A DNA stretch of 64,000 nucleotides from Candidatus Latescibacterota bacterium (GCA_965203175.1 OZ241867.1:1376001-1440000), one strand, 5' to 3'; positions 37,316 to 48,262 are shown, counted from the first letter of the stretch. Translations and numbers: made by a program. The notes: generated by a model not told the origin, from the letters alone.

Positions 37316-38890
37316 TCAATCGTCGCGGCGCAAGCGCTCGCGCTGCATCCATTCTTGCATGACGTGCTCGGAGCGGTTCAACAAGCTCAAGTAACCACCC
37401 TGTACCTCACTGCGAACCTTCCCAGACTTCGGCGGTTTGTTGGGCACTGCGTTGTAGCGCCCCCTCGCTTGAGTCACCGTCCGGCTCTTGATGTCCAGTG
37501 CGACTGTCAGCACGTGCTCCCGTTCCTCGGCTCCGTCTTGCAGCGCGCCAATCGACCAGATTGCGGTGTTGCCGTCGGCGCACTGGTCTGAATACGAGAC
37601 CACGCAGTGGTGCATTGCCCGGCCTTCAGCGGCCAGCTCCCAACTCGACAACAGCTCCTGCACTGTCCACCGTACCTTGCCCAGTTCGTCCGTCTCGTCC
37701 TCCAACTCCCACGGCCGGATTCCACACGGCTGCCAAGATTGAAAATTGACGTATTCCTCGCGGCTCAAGTGACCGTGCCAAGCCTCGACTTGGCGCAGGA
37801 GCTTGGTGGCGCTGCGGCCCTTCATGGTGAAATTGGGCTGCGGCGGAGGCGCTTCCTCTAAGCCGCCGACCTCCTGCACAATGCGGCGCGGGGCGAATTT
37901 CATGTTGTGGACATAATCGACAAGCGGCCCCACCCAAGTCGGGTCCAGCATCGCGTTATTGACTAGGAAAAGCACCACTGTACTCCAGAACTCGTCGTTT
38001 TCAAAATTGCGCCCTAGGCGGGTCTTGAGGGTCGCCTGCGCCAGAGGCCCATTGCCGCCCATGCCGAGGACCTGCGCCCAGCGCATGCTCTTTTCGACGC
38101 TGCCTAGTTGCGGCGAGCGCTGAAAGAGATGGGCCATGCGCCGCGTCAGTTTGACAGGCGCATCCAAGTCGCGGATGCTACCGCCAGAGGCCATGTGGAT
38201 AAACCACTCCTGCTGCCGCAACCCCTGCTCTTCAACGCCCCCGAACCAAGCCGAAACCATGGCATTGGGCACGGGGTAACGCGCCAACAAATAGCACGCC
38301 AGCGAGAAAACTTGGTCGCTGCGCCGGGGATGGCCGCCCTTGGGGACGACGCAGCGCCACTCCTCTAGGGGGCGAATCCAGTGGCGGTGGTGACGGGCCA
38401 AGGCCAGAAGACAGTGGGTTAGGTGTCGGTAAGGCCCCGATTTATAGATGCTCTTGGCCGTTATCACATTCATGAATTCATCGACGTGGAAAATCAGGCG
38501 TTGGAACGCCTTGTGTGCCTCCGCGTCTTGCCCGAGCCATTCTACGACAAAGCCCTTCCAGGGGAGCTCGCCAGCGGCGAGTTGCGCTAGGGTCTGCTGG
38601 CGTTTCTCCGTCAGCGGGCGCTTAGGCACTAGTGCCTCGGCCAAGTGGTGCTCCAGCCGGTTAGTGAACTGCTCCTGATTTAGGCCGTCGTCCATGCCGC
38701 TGAGCCGACACCAGTGCTGGTAGGATCTGAGCGATTCAAAGCCCACCTTGGCCAACTCCTCCCAAGTCGGGACGACCGTTGTATCGGCTGCGGTTTGCGT
38801 CAATCCTGTCAACTGTCTCACTCCCCTATTATTACAACTTGACAAAGACGGCCACCAAGCCGCTACAATGTCAAGTAGAGCCCCATTCAT
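37316..38890 (-). CDS. PcfJ domain-containing protein
   Basis: LLARYPVP, VEAWH, ELAAEGRAMHHCVVSY, QARGRYN; start uncertain, possibly near 38770. Confidence 0.8.
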   Translation of the reverse strand: MNGALLDIVAAWWPSLSSCNNRGVRQLTGLTQTAADTTVVPTWEELAKVGFESLRSYQHWCRLSGMDDGLNQEQFTNRLEHHLAEALVPKRPLTEKRQQTLAQLAAGELPWKGFVVEWLGQDAEAHKAFQRLIFHVDEFMNVITAKSIYKSGPYRHLTHCLLALARHHRHWIRPLEEWRCVVPKGGHPRRSDQVFSLACYLLARYPVPNAMVSAWFGGVEEQGLRQQEWFIHMASGGSIRDLDAPVKLTRRMAHLFQRSPQLGSVEKSMRWAQVLGMGGNGPLAQATLKTRLGRNFENDEFWSTVVLFLVNNAMLDPTWVGPLVDYVHNMKFAPRRIVQEVGGLEEAPPPQPNFTMKGRSATKLLRQVEAWHGHLSREEYVNFQSWQPCGIRPWELEDETDELGKVRWTVQELLSSWELAAEGRAMHHCVVSYSDQCADGNTAIWSIGALQDGAEEREHVLTVALDIKSRTVTQARGRYNAVPNKPPKSGKVRSEVQGGYLSLLNRSEHVMQEWMQRERLRRDD

Positions 38891-38973
38891 CTTGTGGCAG
38901 CACTGGCTGCAACGCGCCGTTGCACGTATTTACCAAGCCAGCTAATTTTCATCTCAACGCGAAAGGAGAGCTA

Positions 38974-39771
38974 GTGGCGTCAGAATACAAGGTTTTGCTC
39001 ATCGGCGGGCGCGGCACGATTGGCTCGGGCCTGCGGACCTATATGCCGCGACTCGATCCGCGCTACCGCATGGTCTCCGTGGATTTGCCCGGCGCGCCGG
39101 ACAAGGCGACGGAGCCGGATGCCGGGGGGGATTTTATCGATCTCGATATTATGGAGTCGCCGGATGATTTCCGCGCCCTGATCCCTGGGTGCGACTTGGT
39201 CGTCTATCTGGCCCGCTGCGGCGACTTGGCGGCCATGCGCCGGATGACCGACTTGGTTTTTGAGGCGATATTGGCCCAAAATGAGCCGCCGATGATCGTC
39301 GGCTCCAGTTCGGTGCACGCGGTCGATGGGCTGTACGACTTTAACCAGCCGGGCTTCTTTTGGACCTTGGCCGAGCGGCAGTTCGACCAGATAACCGAGT
39401 GGCCCGAGCGGATTTCCGCGGCCGTGCCCGCGCACCCGATCAACGACTACGGACGCGAAAAAGCCCACGTGGAAGAATGGGCGCAGAAGGTTGCCGACTT
39501 GGGGCACAGCGCGGTTGCCATGCGCTGGGGCGGCGTCAACGCGGAAAACAATGTCCACGTAGCGGAACGGGGTTACTTTGCCGTCTGGTGCCACCAAGAG
39601 GACGCCGCCCGCTTGGTCCACGCCTGCTTCCAGCGGCACTGCGCGGGCGACCTGCCCAGCGGCGCGCATTACTTTGCGATCTCGGACAACACCTATAACA
39701 TCTTTGACATTGAAACGCCCCGGCGCGAAGTCGGCTACGACCCAGTGCACAACTCGGAGACGTACTTTTAG
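38974..39771 (+). CDS. NAD-dependent epimerase/dehydratase family protein
   Basis: IGGRGTIGS, SSSVHA, YGREK; GTG start after aaggag. Confidence 0.85.
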   Translation: MASEYKVLLIGGRGTIGSGLRTYMPRLDPRYRMVSVDLPGAPDKATEPDAGGDFIDLDIMESPDDFRALIPGCDLVVYLARCGDLAAMRRMTDLVFEAILAQNEPPMIVGSSSVHAVDGLYDFNQPGFFWTLAERQFDQITEWPERISAAVPAHPINDYGREKAHVEEWAQKVADLGHSAVAMRWGGVNAENNVHVAERGYFAVWCHQEDAARLVHACFQRHCAGDLPSGAHYFAISDNTYNIFDIETPRREVGYDPVHNSETYF

Positions 39772-40608
39772 ATGAACGATACTGAGAAATTTCTCTTCGA
39801 CCTCCAGGGCTTCCTAAAGGTCCCCGACTTCCTCACTTCTGCCGAAGTCAATGCACTCAATGCAGCCTTTGACGCCAATGAGGACAAACGCGGCGAAGAC
39901 GGCAATCACAATACCGGCGGCAGCGACGCGCTCGAGGGCCGGCGGCGCGGTATGTTCACGGGGATGCTCGAATGGGAAAAACCCCACTGTCTGCCCTTCC
40001 GCGCGCTGTTGGCGCACAAAAAGCTCATCCCCTATCTCGACGCGCTCTTTGGCCGCGGCTGGAAGATGGACCACTCGCCCTTTATGCTCTGCGGCGGCAA
40101 AGGTGCCGAGGGCCTGATCCTCCACGGCTCAACTAGCCGCCACTTCAACGGCTCGCAATACTACGCTTATGCCAACGACCAGATGCGCTGTGGCATGATC
40201 GTCTGCCAGTTCCAGCTCGCTGACGTCAATGAGGGCGACGGCGGATTGTGCGTGATCCCAGGCAGCCACAAGGCCAACTTCCCGCTGCCGCAAAAAATTT
40301 GCCACTGGCAAGAGCACCGCGAGGTCGTGTACAACGTCCCCTGCAAGACCGGCGACATGGTCATCTTCAACGAGGCGACCTTGCACGGTACGCTCCCGTG
40401 GACGGCCGAGCACGAGCGGCGCTCCCTGCTCTACCGCTACTCGCCCAAGTATTTGCACTTTGCCGGCGGAACGTATCAGACCAGCCAGCCGGAATGGGTG
40501 AGCGAGCTGACCGAGGCGCAACAGGCCGTGCTCGAACCCCCCTATATCTACAATCGGCCGCTGGTGGAAGCCGACGGCGAAACCGTGGTACGGCCGCGGA
40601 CGGGCTGA
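39772..40608 (+). CDS. Phytanoyl-CoA dioxygenase (PhyH) family protein
   Basis: FLFDLQGF, GGLCVIPGSHK, GDMVIFNEATLHG, RRSLLYRY. Confidence 0.9.
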   Translation: MNDTEKFLFDLQGFLKVPDFLTSAEVNALNAAFDANEDKRGEDGNHNTGGSDALEGRRRGMFTGMLEWEKPHCLPFRALLAHKKLIPYLDALFGRGWKMDHSPFMLCGGKGAEGLILHGSTSRHFNGSQYYAYANDQMRCGMIVCQFQLADVNEGDGGLCVIPGSHKANFPLPQKICHWQEHREVVYNVPCKTGDMVIFNEATLHGTLPWTAEHERRSLLYRYSPKYLHFAGGTYQTSQPEWVSELTEAQQAVLEPPYIYNRPLVEADGETVVRPRTG

Positions 40609-40638
40609 TCTTTTGCCCACTGTCTTGCACTCCGGTGT

Positions 40639-42747
40639 TTAGTGCAGCAGTAGCATGAGCCTTTGTCGGACCGCGTATTCGGTAACTAGTTCGCAGATAT
40701 AGGTGCCGGAACCAGCCGGCCGCTGGTCTTGGCCCCTGCCGTCCCACGTCACCGTCTGCATACCCATTGGCTGGTGCGCTTGGACCAAGGTTTTAATGCG
40801 CTGCCCTAGACTGTTATAGATACTGAGGCGCACCTCGGTAGGGGCCGCCAACGAGTAGCGGATCGTGGTGTAGGGATTGAAGGGATTGGGATAATTTTGT
40901 TCGAGATTGAACCGAGTGGGTTGTGCCTCCGTATCGCGGATATTGGTCGCGACGTCTAGCCGGATGGTAACGGGTTCCATGTCAGCTTCGAGGGTAAAGG
41001 GTGCGGTGAACACTTCGTCGCCGAGGCGAACCTCTACTTGGTAGGAGCCGTAAAAACCCCGGCCACTGAACTGTCCTGCGGCGCTGGTGCGACCCTGCTG
41101 GCGGGTCCACCACTGATCAAAAACCAAATCCTTGTAGATCTGGGCGTGAGGTCTAGGACTCCAGTCGGCGTTGTACAGGGCGGCGTTGGGTCGCCAGTGA
41201 GCCTTTTCCCAGAAACCCCACCACTGCAAACCGGCGACCGCCGGGTGGCTGAAGACGACGGTCATAAAGTCGCGGGTATAATCGTTGAGTAGTGCTTGGT
41301 CGGTTGTGTTGATGTCGAATTCGGTGATTTTGATGTCGAGGCCGAAGCGGCCGAAGCGGTCGAGCAGTGCCAATAGCTTTGCAGGAGCTGTCACTTGGTC
41401 GCCAAAATGCCCTTGCATACCCAAGCCGGTAATGGGGGCACCTTGATCGAGCAAATACTGAATGGTTTGCTCGTAGTGGTTCTGGTGAGCTATATCTTGG
41501 CCGTTATTGCTGAGGATGTTGTAGTCGTTGAGGTACAGGGGGGCCGTGGGGAGATTGCGGCGGGCGGCTTGGAACCACTCGACTATGACGTGATCGCCGC
41601 TGAGATCCATGAGGTCGTGGTTGGTGTACGGCTCGTTGATGACGTCCCACTCCTCGACCAGCCCCTCGGTGGCTTGGGTGATCTCGTCTATATGGTCAAT
41701 GACGAGTGGGGGAATAGCCGTGGCCGCGTCGGCTTGGTCGGTCATATCACGGATGCTTTGAGGCAGATTGCGCCAGCTAGGCCAGACCAAGACGTGGCCG
41801 CGCCGGTGAAAACCATGGGCTTTGAGCCAGGCAAAGCCGGCCAGCGTCTTGGCGCGACTGAAATGGGTTTGGCCCCAGTCGCCATCCCAAGGCGGCCATT
41901 TGAGGGCGTTCTCGTTGGCGGCGGCGTTGAAGAGCTCTTGGACCTTGGCGCGATAGGTCTGATCTTCGGCCGTCTCGCTGGTCAGCCGCCACATCTGCAG
42001 AGCCGAGCCAAACAGGAAGGCGTGGCGCTGCATGGTGACTTCGACGAGGGCATCGGCTACTGGCTGTCCAGCCGAGTCGACGATTTGCAGCGTGAAATCG
42101 CCTTGGCGGTGCTGCCTGATGCGCTCCTCAGCGCTCTGTCGCCAAGCGGCGTCAGGGGCGCGACCGGCGTAGGTCAAGCGGGTCTGGGGCAGGTCGCCCA
42201 CGGATAGGCTGCTGCCGTAGTGAAGGACTTCAAAGCCGGCGATTTCAATGGTCTGGCGACGGCTGCCGACGCCGAAGTTAATCGCGGCTGCGCCGGCGTC
42301 GTACTCGTCGATAAATTCAAACGGATAAAAGAACTCGCGCCAAGCAAGCCCTACACTGAACCCCTTGTAGAGCGATTTGTCCCAATCGGGCGCGGCTTTC
42401 TGGGCATAGACGGTGGCATCGACCTCGCCGGTCTCGTCACTCGACTCGATCCCCCGCGCCCAAAAGTGGACCAGGGCGACATCGCCCTTTTGCACCGCGA
42501 GGGCCGTGGGGTTGCCAATTTCGACGCTCCAAGGATCGCCAGCCTCGTGCAGCACTTCGATGCGCAGGGCTTGGGTAAATGATGCGTGCTCAACCTCTAC
42601 GACCTGACTGCGGGCACGGTTGGCGGCGCTGGGTACGCGGGCCGAGTGGAGAAAGTCGCCTTGGGTCAAAGGAATGCCGCCAGTGGGGATCTGTGCTTGG
42701 GCGGCGTGGACGGCTAGCAGGAGGGCAAAAGAGATGAATTTGAGCAT
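40639..42747 (-). CDS. GH10 endo-1,4-beta-xylanase with C-terminal FlgD-Ig/T9SS-like domain
   Basis: ENALKW, RGHVLVW, WDVINE (acid/base), GMQGH, ITEFD (nucleophile), NYPNPFNP; signal peptide. Confidence 0.92.
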   Translation of the reverse strand: MLKFISFALLLAVHAAQAQIPTGGIPLTQGDFLHSARVPSAANRARSQVVEVEHASFTQALRIEVLHEAGDPWSVEIGNPTALAVQKGDVALVHFWARGIESSDETGEVDATVYAQKAAPDWDKSLYKGFSVGLAWREFFYPFEFIDEYDAGAAAINFGVGSRRQTIEIAGFEVLHYGSSLSVGDLPQTRLTYAGRAPDAAWRQSAEERIRQHRQGDFTLQIVDSAGQPVADALVEVTMQRHAFLFGSALQMWRLTSETAEDQTYRAKVQELFNAAANENALKWPPWDGDWGQTHFSRAKTLAGFAWLKAHGFHRRGHVLVWPSWRNLPQSIRDMTDQADAATAIPPLVIDHIDEITQATEGLVEEWDVINEPYTNHDLMDLSGDHVIVEWFQAARRNLPTAPLYLNDYNILSNNGQDIAHQNHYEQTIQYLLDQGAPITGLGMQGHFGDQVTAPAKLLALLDRFGRFGLDIKITEFDINTTDQALLNDYTRDFMTVVFSHPAVAGLQWWGFWEKAHWRPNAALYNADWSPRPHAQIYKDLVFDQWWTRQQGRTSAAGQFSGRGFYGSYQVEVRLGDEVFTAPFTLEADMEPVTIRLDVATNIRDTEAQPTRFNLEQNYPNPFNPYTTIRYSLAAPTEVRLSIYNSLGQRIKTLVQAHQPMGMQTVTWDGRGQDQRPAGSGTYICELVTEYAVRQRLMLLLH

Positions 42748-42929
42748 GGATACTCCCAGATAGATTATTAGAAGCGCACCAAGTGCGGTTTATCGTCGAG
42801 CAGATCATCGGTTCGCCGGTTGCCCCGTCTTTGCCCATGCCACTATATTGCTCCAGCCACCGTGCCACAGGAACCTCCGATAAGCTACCTGTAAGCTATA
42901 CCAGTGGCCCCAACCCAGAAAGGACTCCT

Positions 42930-43973
42930 ATGCCAACCATTGCTGCCAACGATTCCCGTCTGACGTGGAGCGGCCCTCTTTCGCTCGAAGAAGGACCGGG
43001 TTGGGTCAAGCCTTGGCGCATTCCCCATGGGGATTTGGACCTGTACTCGCCTGGGGAGAGCGGCCTTGCCGAGCGGGCCGAGATGCCTTCGGGCGTGCGC
43101 GTGCGCTTGGCCACAGACGCAGAGGAATTGGTCGTCAGTTGTGAGCCGCTAGCCGAGGATGGCTGTTTTGACCTGTGCGTCGGTGGGCAGATTGTGGCCA
43201 CCACTTCGCATGCGGCTGGAGCGACCGAGGTCCGTTTTGAGGGCTTGCCCGCGGGCGAGAAATCCGTGGAGATTTGGCTATCGCCGGCCATGCCCGTCGC
43301 CGTGCGCCACATTGCATTGCCCGGGGGAGCACATTGCGAAAAAAGCGAAGACACTCGGCTGAAGTGGGTTGCGTATGGCAGCTCCATCACCCATTGCCGC
43401 ACCGCGGGATCGCCCGCCACCACTTGGCCCGGAGTGGTAGCGCGCGCCCGGGACTTCAACCTCACGTCGCTGGGTTTCGGCGGCCAGTGCCACGCCGACC
43501 CGTTCATCGCCCGGCTGATCCGCGACCTGCCCGCGGACTTTATCTCGGTCAAGATCGGCATCAACATCTACGGTGCCGCTAGCCTCGGCCCGCGCGCTTT
43601 CCGCCCGGCCGTTCTCGGCACCATTGCCACCATCCGCGACGGCCATCCCCACACCCCGTTTGCGGTCTGCTCGCCGATTTGGGGCCACGACCGCGAGACT
43701 ACGCCCAATATGGTTGGCCTAACGTTGGAGCAGATGCGCGTCGAGGTTGCAGAAGCCGTGGAGTCGTTCAAAAAGCGCGGCGACGACAACATCTATTACA
43801 TAGACGGTCTCAAGCTCTTTGACGAAAGCCTCGCCGAATATCTGCCGGACAACCTCCATCCAGACGCCACCGGCTACGAGCTTATGGGGCAGAATTTTCT
43901 CGAAGAAGTGTTTGGGGTGCAGGGGGTGCAGGTGGGGAAGGAACTTGGCCAGCGGGCATCGACCGTAGATTAG
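42930..43973 (+). CDS. SGNH/GDSL hydrolase
   Basis: YGSSIT, GFGG, GIN, DNLHP. Confidence 0.88.
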   Translation: MPTIAANDSRLTWSGPLSLEEGPGWVKPWRIPHGDLDLYSPGESGLAERAEMPSGVRVRLATDAEELVVSCEPLAEDGCFDLCVGGQIVATTSHAAGATEVRFEGLPAGEKSVEIWLSPAMPVAVRHIALPGGAHCEKSEDTRLKWVAYGSSITHCRTAGSPATTWPGVVARARDFNLTSLGFGGQCHADPFIARLIRDLPADFISVKIGINIYGAASLGPRAFRPAVLGTIATIRDGHPHTPFAVCSPIWGHDRETTPNMVGLTLEQMRVEVAEAVESFKKRGDDNIYYIDGLKLFDESLAEYLPDNLHPDATGYELMGQNFLEEVFGVQGVQVGKELGQRASTVD

Positions 43974-43981
43974 GAGACATT

Positions 43982-44566
43982 ATGCAGGTTGTATGGGAGT
44001 TGGATAATTTAGATCAGTTGGGCGACAATAAACTCGACGTGGGTGGCCGACCCGCTGTAATTGCAGGCCCCTATGGACCGGCTATTGAGTTCGACGGGAT
44101 GCGGGATGCGTTGTTTATCGGAACCAATCCCCTCGCTGGGTTGGAGGTTTTTACCATTGAACTTGATTTCCGGCCCGATGAGGGAGGGTTGGCCGAGCAG
44201 CGCTTCTTGCATTTGGGGGAAGCCAACGGAGACCGCGTGCTTTTCGAGACGCGTCTGACTGGGACGGGGCACTGGTATCTCGACACCTTTATCAGCTCGG
44301 GAGACTCGGACCGAGCCTTGTTAAATGAAGGCCAACTCCATCCTGTGGGGGAGTGGTACCATTTAGCACTGACCTGCGACGGGCGCAATGAAACCAACTT
44401 TGTCAATGGCGTTGAGGAGGCGAGCGGGCCGATTGATTTTGCCCCGTTAACAGGGGGCCAGATGTCGATTGGGGTGCGGTTGAATCGCGTGTGTTGGTTT
44501 AAGGGAGCGATTGGTCGGATCCGGTTTACGGCCGGAGTATTGACGCCAGAGGAATTTATGCGCTAG
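43982..44566 (+). CDS. LamG/concanavalin A-like domain protein
   Basis: AIEFDG, WYHLALTCDG, FVNG, FKGAIGRIRF. Confidence 0.85.
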   Translation: MQVVWELDNLDQLGDNKLDVGGRPAVIAGPYGPAIEFDGMRDALFIGTNPLAGLEVFTIELDFRPDEGGLAEQRFLHLGEANGDRVLFETRLTGTGHWYLDTFISSGDSDRALLNEGQLHPVGEWYHLALTCDGRNETNFVNGVEEASGPIDFAPLTGGQMSIGVRLNRVCWFKGAIGRIRFTAGVLTPEEFMR

Positions 44567-44823
44567 GCGGGCAGGAGGGATAACAGGAATCTTGTTTGTT
44601 CTTTGTCAATTTCAAAGCGACCTACTACCGTTTGTTGCGTAAATAGCTGTAATTAGGTATTGTACTCAATAGTGTAGTTCCTCTGAGTTTTCAGACTACG
44701 CGAAGTTTTTTTGTAACCTACCGATGGTTTCTGCGCTTTTCTCGGCACCCCCAATCCAATCCTGTTTTGAGTGTATCCCCGAGGCATGTCGCTTTATATC
44801 TCGGACTATCAAGACAGGAGTTT

Positions 44824-46224
44824 ATGTCTTCTATTCAATTTGAGGCCCTCAAGCTAAACGAGCCATTGCTGCGCGCGTTGGCTAAAGAAGGGTACCAACA
44901 GCCGACGCCAATCCAGGAACAGGCTATTCCCAAGGTGCTGGCGGGCCAAGATCTGTTGGCCACCGCACAGACAGGTACCGGCAAGACGGCGGCCTTTGCA
45001 CTGCCGATGCTGCAAGTACTCTACGGGCGCAAGGGCCGCGGACCAATCCGTGCGCTGATCTTGACGCCGACGCGGGAGCTGGCGCTGCAGATCGACGAGA
45101 GTTTCCGCAACTATGGCCGCTATCTAAAGCTCACCAGCATGGTGATTCTCGGTGGAGTGCCGCTGGGCTCACAAGTGAGTGCGCTGCGCGAAAAACCCGA
45201 TATCGCGGTGGCGACGCCGGGCCGTTTGCTCGACCTGATAAACCAAGGCTATATAAAGCTGGACCAGATCGAGATGCTGGTCCTCGACGAGGCCGACCGG
45301 ATGTTGGACATGGGTTTTATCCACGATGTCCGCCGGATTGTCGGGGCCTTGCCCAAAAAGCGGCAGACGATGCTCTTTTCGGCGACCTTGTCCAAGGAAA
45401 TCACCGCCCTGGCCGGTGATATGCTCGACGAGCCGGTCAATGCCGAGGTGACGCCGGCGGCGTCGGTGTCGGAACGAATCGACCAACAAGTGCTATTTGT
45501 CGAACAAGATGGCAAACGCGATCTGCTGAAGCAGGTACTCAAGGGCGAAGACGTGCGCCGCGCCTTGGTCTTTACGCGGACCAAGCGTCGGGCCAACAGG
45601 GTGATGAAGCAATTGTCCAATCAGGGCATCGCCGCCGCCGCGATCCATGCCGACAAAAATCAGAGTGCCCGCCAGCGAGCGTTGGCGGCGTTTGATCGCG
45701 GGCGGATCAAAGTCCTGGTCGCCACCGATATCGTCGCTCGGGGTATCGACGTGGAGGGAATTTCCCACGTTATCAACTACGACCTACCCAATGACAAGGA
45801 GAGCTATGTGCACCGGATCGGCCGCACGGCCCGGGCTGGGGCGGAAGGCATCGCTCTGTCGTTTTGTGCGGCGGAGGAAGTGGCGATCTTGCGGAGCATT
45901 GAGCGGCTGACGGGCGTGCCCTTGACCATCGTCTCGCGCGGCGCAAGAGCGGAATACCAAGATAGCAATGGGGATAAGGGGCAGGGTGCGGCGAAGAGGC
46001 CGCGAAGGGGCGAGGGAAAAGCCTCGAATACGGCGAAGAGGCGGCGCAGGAGCAATGGAAATCGCCGCGACGGGACTCATGTTACATCGACGCTCGGTCC
46101 AGCCGCGAATGGACGGCGCAATACCAATGCGAATGCGCAAAAGCGCACGGGGATGCGAGGCGAGGGGGCAAGCCGGCAACGCCTGTTTGGGCGGCGGACT
46201 CGCGCGGCGCAGACGACTCGTTAG
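44824..46224 (+). CDS. rhlE: DEAD-box RNA helicase (RhlE-like) with a basic tail
   Basis: AQTGTGKT, PTRELA, DEAD, SAT, ARGID, HRIGRTAR. Confidence 0.9.
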   Translation: MSSIQFEALKLNEPLLRALAKEGYQQPTPIQEQAIPKVLAGQDLLATAQTGTGKTAAFALPMLQVLYGRKGRGPIRALILTPTRELALQIDESFRNYGRYLKLTSMVILGGVPLGSQVSALREKPDIAVATPGRLLDLINQGYIKLDQIEMLVLDEADRMLDMGFIHDVRRIVGALPKKRQTMLFSATLSKEITALAGDMLDEPVNAEVTPAASVSERIDQQVLFVEQDGKRDLLKQVLKGEDVRRALVFTRTKRRANRVMKQLSNQGIAAAAIHADKNQSARQRALAAFDRGRIKVLVATDIVARGIDVEGISHVINYDLPNDKESYVHRIGRTARAGAEGIALSFCAAEEVAILRSIERLTGVPLTIVSRGARAEYQDSNGDKGQGAAKRPRRGEGKASNTAKRRRRSNGNRRDGTHVTSTLGPAANGRRNTNANAQKRTGMRGEGASRQRLFGRRTRAAQTTR

Positions 46225-46278
46225 CGATTCGCCGACAGTGTGGCCGGTCAAACTCAAGGACAGGATCGACTGAAAACT

Positions 46279-46998
46279 ATGGCAGATCTAACAGGCAAAG
46301 TAGCGATCATCGTCGGTGCCAGTAGCGGAATGGGTGAGGCGACGGCGAAAACCTACGTCGAAGCCGGGGCAAAAGTGGTGCTGGCTGCCCGCAGCGGCGA
46401 CAAACTGGAGGCGCTGGCGGAGGAGTTAGGTGAAAACGCCTTGGCTTGTGCCACCGACGCGAGGGACAAGGCGGCCGCAGAGGCATTGGTCCAGCGGGCG
46501 GTAGCAGCGTATGGCCGGGTAGATATCCTGGCCTATGTGACGGGGACCAATATCCCGGATCGCGCATTGAAGGTGCTCACCGAGGAGACTTGGGAAATGA
46601 TGCTCGGCACCAATCTGACGGGGGCGTTCCACTGCACCCAGGCCGCATTGCCGGTGATGCGCGAGCAGGGCAGCGGATTGATCATTTACGTGTCGAGCGG
46701 TTGTGTGCAGCAGCCGGATGTCTCTGGGGTCTCTTATCAGGCGAGCAAGCACGGGATGGTCGGATTGGCCCACGGCACTTTCCAGGAGGAGAAGGAAAAC
46801 GGCGTCCGCACCTGCGTGATCTTTCCGGGGCTGACCGACACGCCGCTGGTGCTCAAGCGGCCGGTGCCCACCCCACCGGAGGTGATGGCCCAGGCGTTAA
46901 TGCCGCAGGATGTGGCCGATGCCTGCCTCTTTGTCGCAGCGCTACCGGCGCGGGCCTATGTGCCAGAGTTGGTGTTATTGCCAGCGGGACTTTCCTAG
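46279..46998 (+). CDS. SDR family oxidoreductase
   Basis: GASSGMG, YQASK, PGLTDT. Confidence 0.92.
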   Translation: MADLTGKVAIIVGASSGMGEATAKTYVEAGAKVVLAARSGDKLEALAEELGENALACATDARDKAAAEALVQRAVAAYGRVDILAYVTGTNIPDRALKVLTEETWEMMLGTNLTGAFHCTQAALPVMREQGSGLIIYVSSGCVQQPDVSGVSYQASKHGMVGLAHGTFQEEKENGVRTCVIFPGLTDTPLVLKRPVPTPPEVMAQALMPQDVADACLFVAALPARAYVPELVLLPAGLS

Positions 46999-47102
46999 CG
47001 ATCAAATGGAGGACGGAGGATGGGCGATACCTATAGAGTGAGAGATTGCTTTGGCCACGATGCTTGACAATGGGACGCCGCCGGGAAACAGGGGTTAATA
47101 TT

Positions 47103-48262
47103 GGCGTTGTTGCATGAATCATATCTGGGGCATCATTGTCGAATGTTGTTTTTTGTTCAGTTGATTTTTTCTACTCGATACGACTGGGGTTTGCCCACAT
47201 GGATCATTCGATTGAGGAGGGCACAGCCGAGGCGACTTTCGACCTGTTGGTTGATCCAGCTACGCGCCTTCAGCTTGTCGCCGATGAGGTGCTTATAGCG
47301 ATAGATTTGCGTTTCGGCCAACGAGCGTCGATGATAGCCACTGGCCTGTTTCCACTCCTTGCGTCCCTTTCGTCGTATGGCCCGCAGGATTTCATCGCGC
47401 GCCAACGGGGGGACCTTACAATTACCATGCTGATGGATTGTAGCGTCTTTGCGCAGTGCGATGATCGGCCGAATCGAGGGATCACTCCGCGTGGCCAAGG
47501 CGTCGAACACCTTCTGTTTGTCATAGGCCCCATCGCCGCCTACCGCCTCCACCGCCTCGTCGACTTGGGTCAACAGAGGGGCCACCTGCGAGGCATCATC
47601 GATCCGATGGGACGTCAACGTCTGCGCGACCACCTCGCCGGTGGCCTCGTTGACCCCCACATGCAGTTTGCGCCACGTGCGCCGTTTGGTCCAGCCGTGT
47701 TGACGGACTTTCCTCTCGCCCTCGCCATAGACTTTCAAACCCGTCGAATCCACTACCAAGTGCATCGGGCTAGCCGGGCTATCGGGCTGCTTTTTCGGCA
47801 ACTCCACCGCCAAGGCCCCTTGGCGACGCGACAAGGTCGAGTAGTCCGGCACGGCCAAGGCCAACCCCATCAAGTCCAACAGCGATTGGATAAACCCCTG
47901 CGTCTGGCGCAACGGCAACCCAAGCAACACCCGCATCGTCAACATCCATTCAATCGCTGGATCCGAATAGACAAACTGAGCACCCCGTTGCGATGGCCCC
48001 TGAGCATACCATTGCTTCCACAGACCATCGTCCAGCCACACCGTCAGGCTACCACGAGCCACCAACGCCCGATTATACGACGACCAATTCTTAACCCGAT
48101 ACACCGGTTGCGACTTGACCGAGGGCGAACTGCCAGATACTTTGCTCATCACAGGCTCTTTGGGAAGAAAGGAACGTGTTTCTTGCTGGAAACCACGAAC
48201 CAATCTAACCGAAGAGCCTGACTCATTTCAAGACCCGAACACAGCTTTCATGCAACAACGCC
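47103..48262 (-). mobile_element. IS5-family (IS903-group) element, copy 1, 1160 bp
   Basis: Terminal inverted repeats ggcgttgttgcatgaa / ttcatgcaacaacgcc; appears identical to 52528-53687 in inverted orientation. Confidence 0.95.
47157..48203 (-). CDS. IS5-family DDE transposase
   Basis: NWSSYNRALVARGSLTVW, VVDSTGLKVYGEG, WRKLH, GDGAYD, YHRRSLAET. Confidence 0.95.
   Translation of the reverse strand: MVRGFQQETRSFLPKEPVMSKVSGSSPSVKSQPVYRVKNWSSYNRALVARGSLTVWLDDGLWKQWYAQGPSQRGAQFVYSDPAIEWMLTMRVLLGLPLRQTQGFIQSLLDLMGLALAVPDYSTLSRRQGALAVELPKKQPDSPASPMHLVVDSTGLKVYGEGERKVRQHGWTKRRTWRKLHVGVNEATGEVVAQTLTSHRIDDASQVAPLLTQVDEAVEAVGGDGAYDKQKVFDALATRSDPSIRPIIALRKDATIHQHGNCKVPPLARDEILRAIRRKGRKEWKQASGYHRRSLAETQIYRYKHLIGDKLKARSWINQQVESRLGCALLNRMIHVGKPQSYRVEKIN

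Noticed and set aside
47136-48221. 361-aa ORF antisense to the transposase (also 52569-53654)
   Set aside because: Shadow ORF on the opposite strand of a clear IS5 transposase, with no recognisable motifs.
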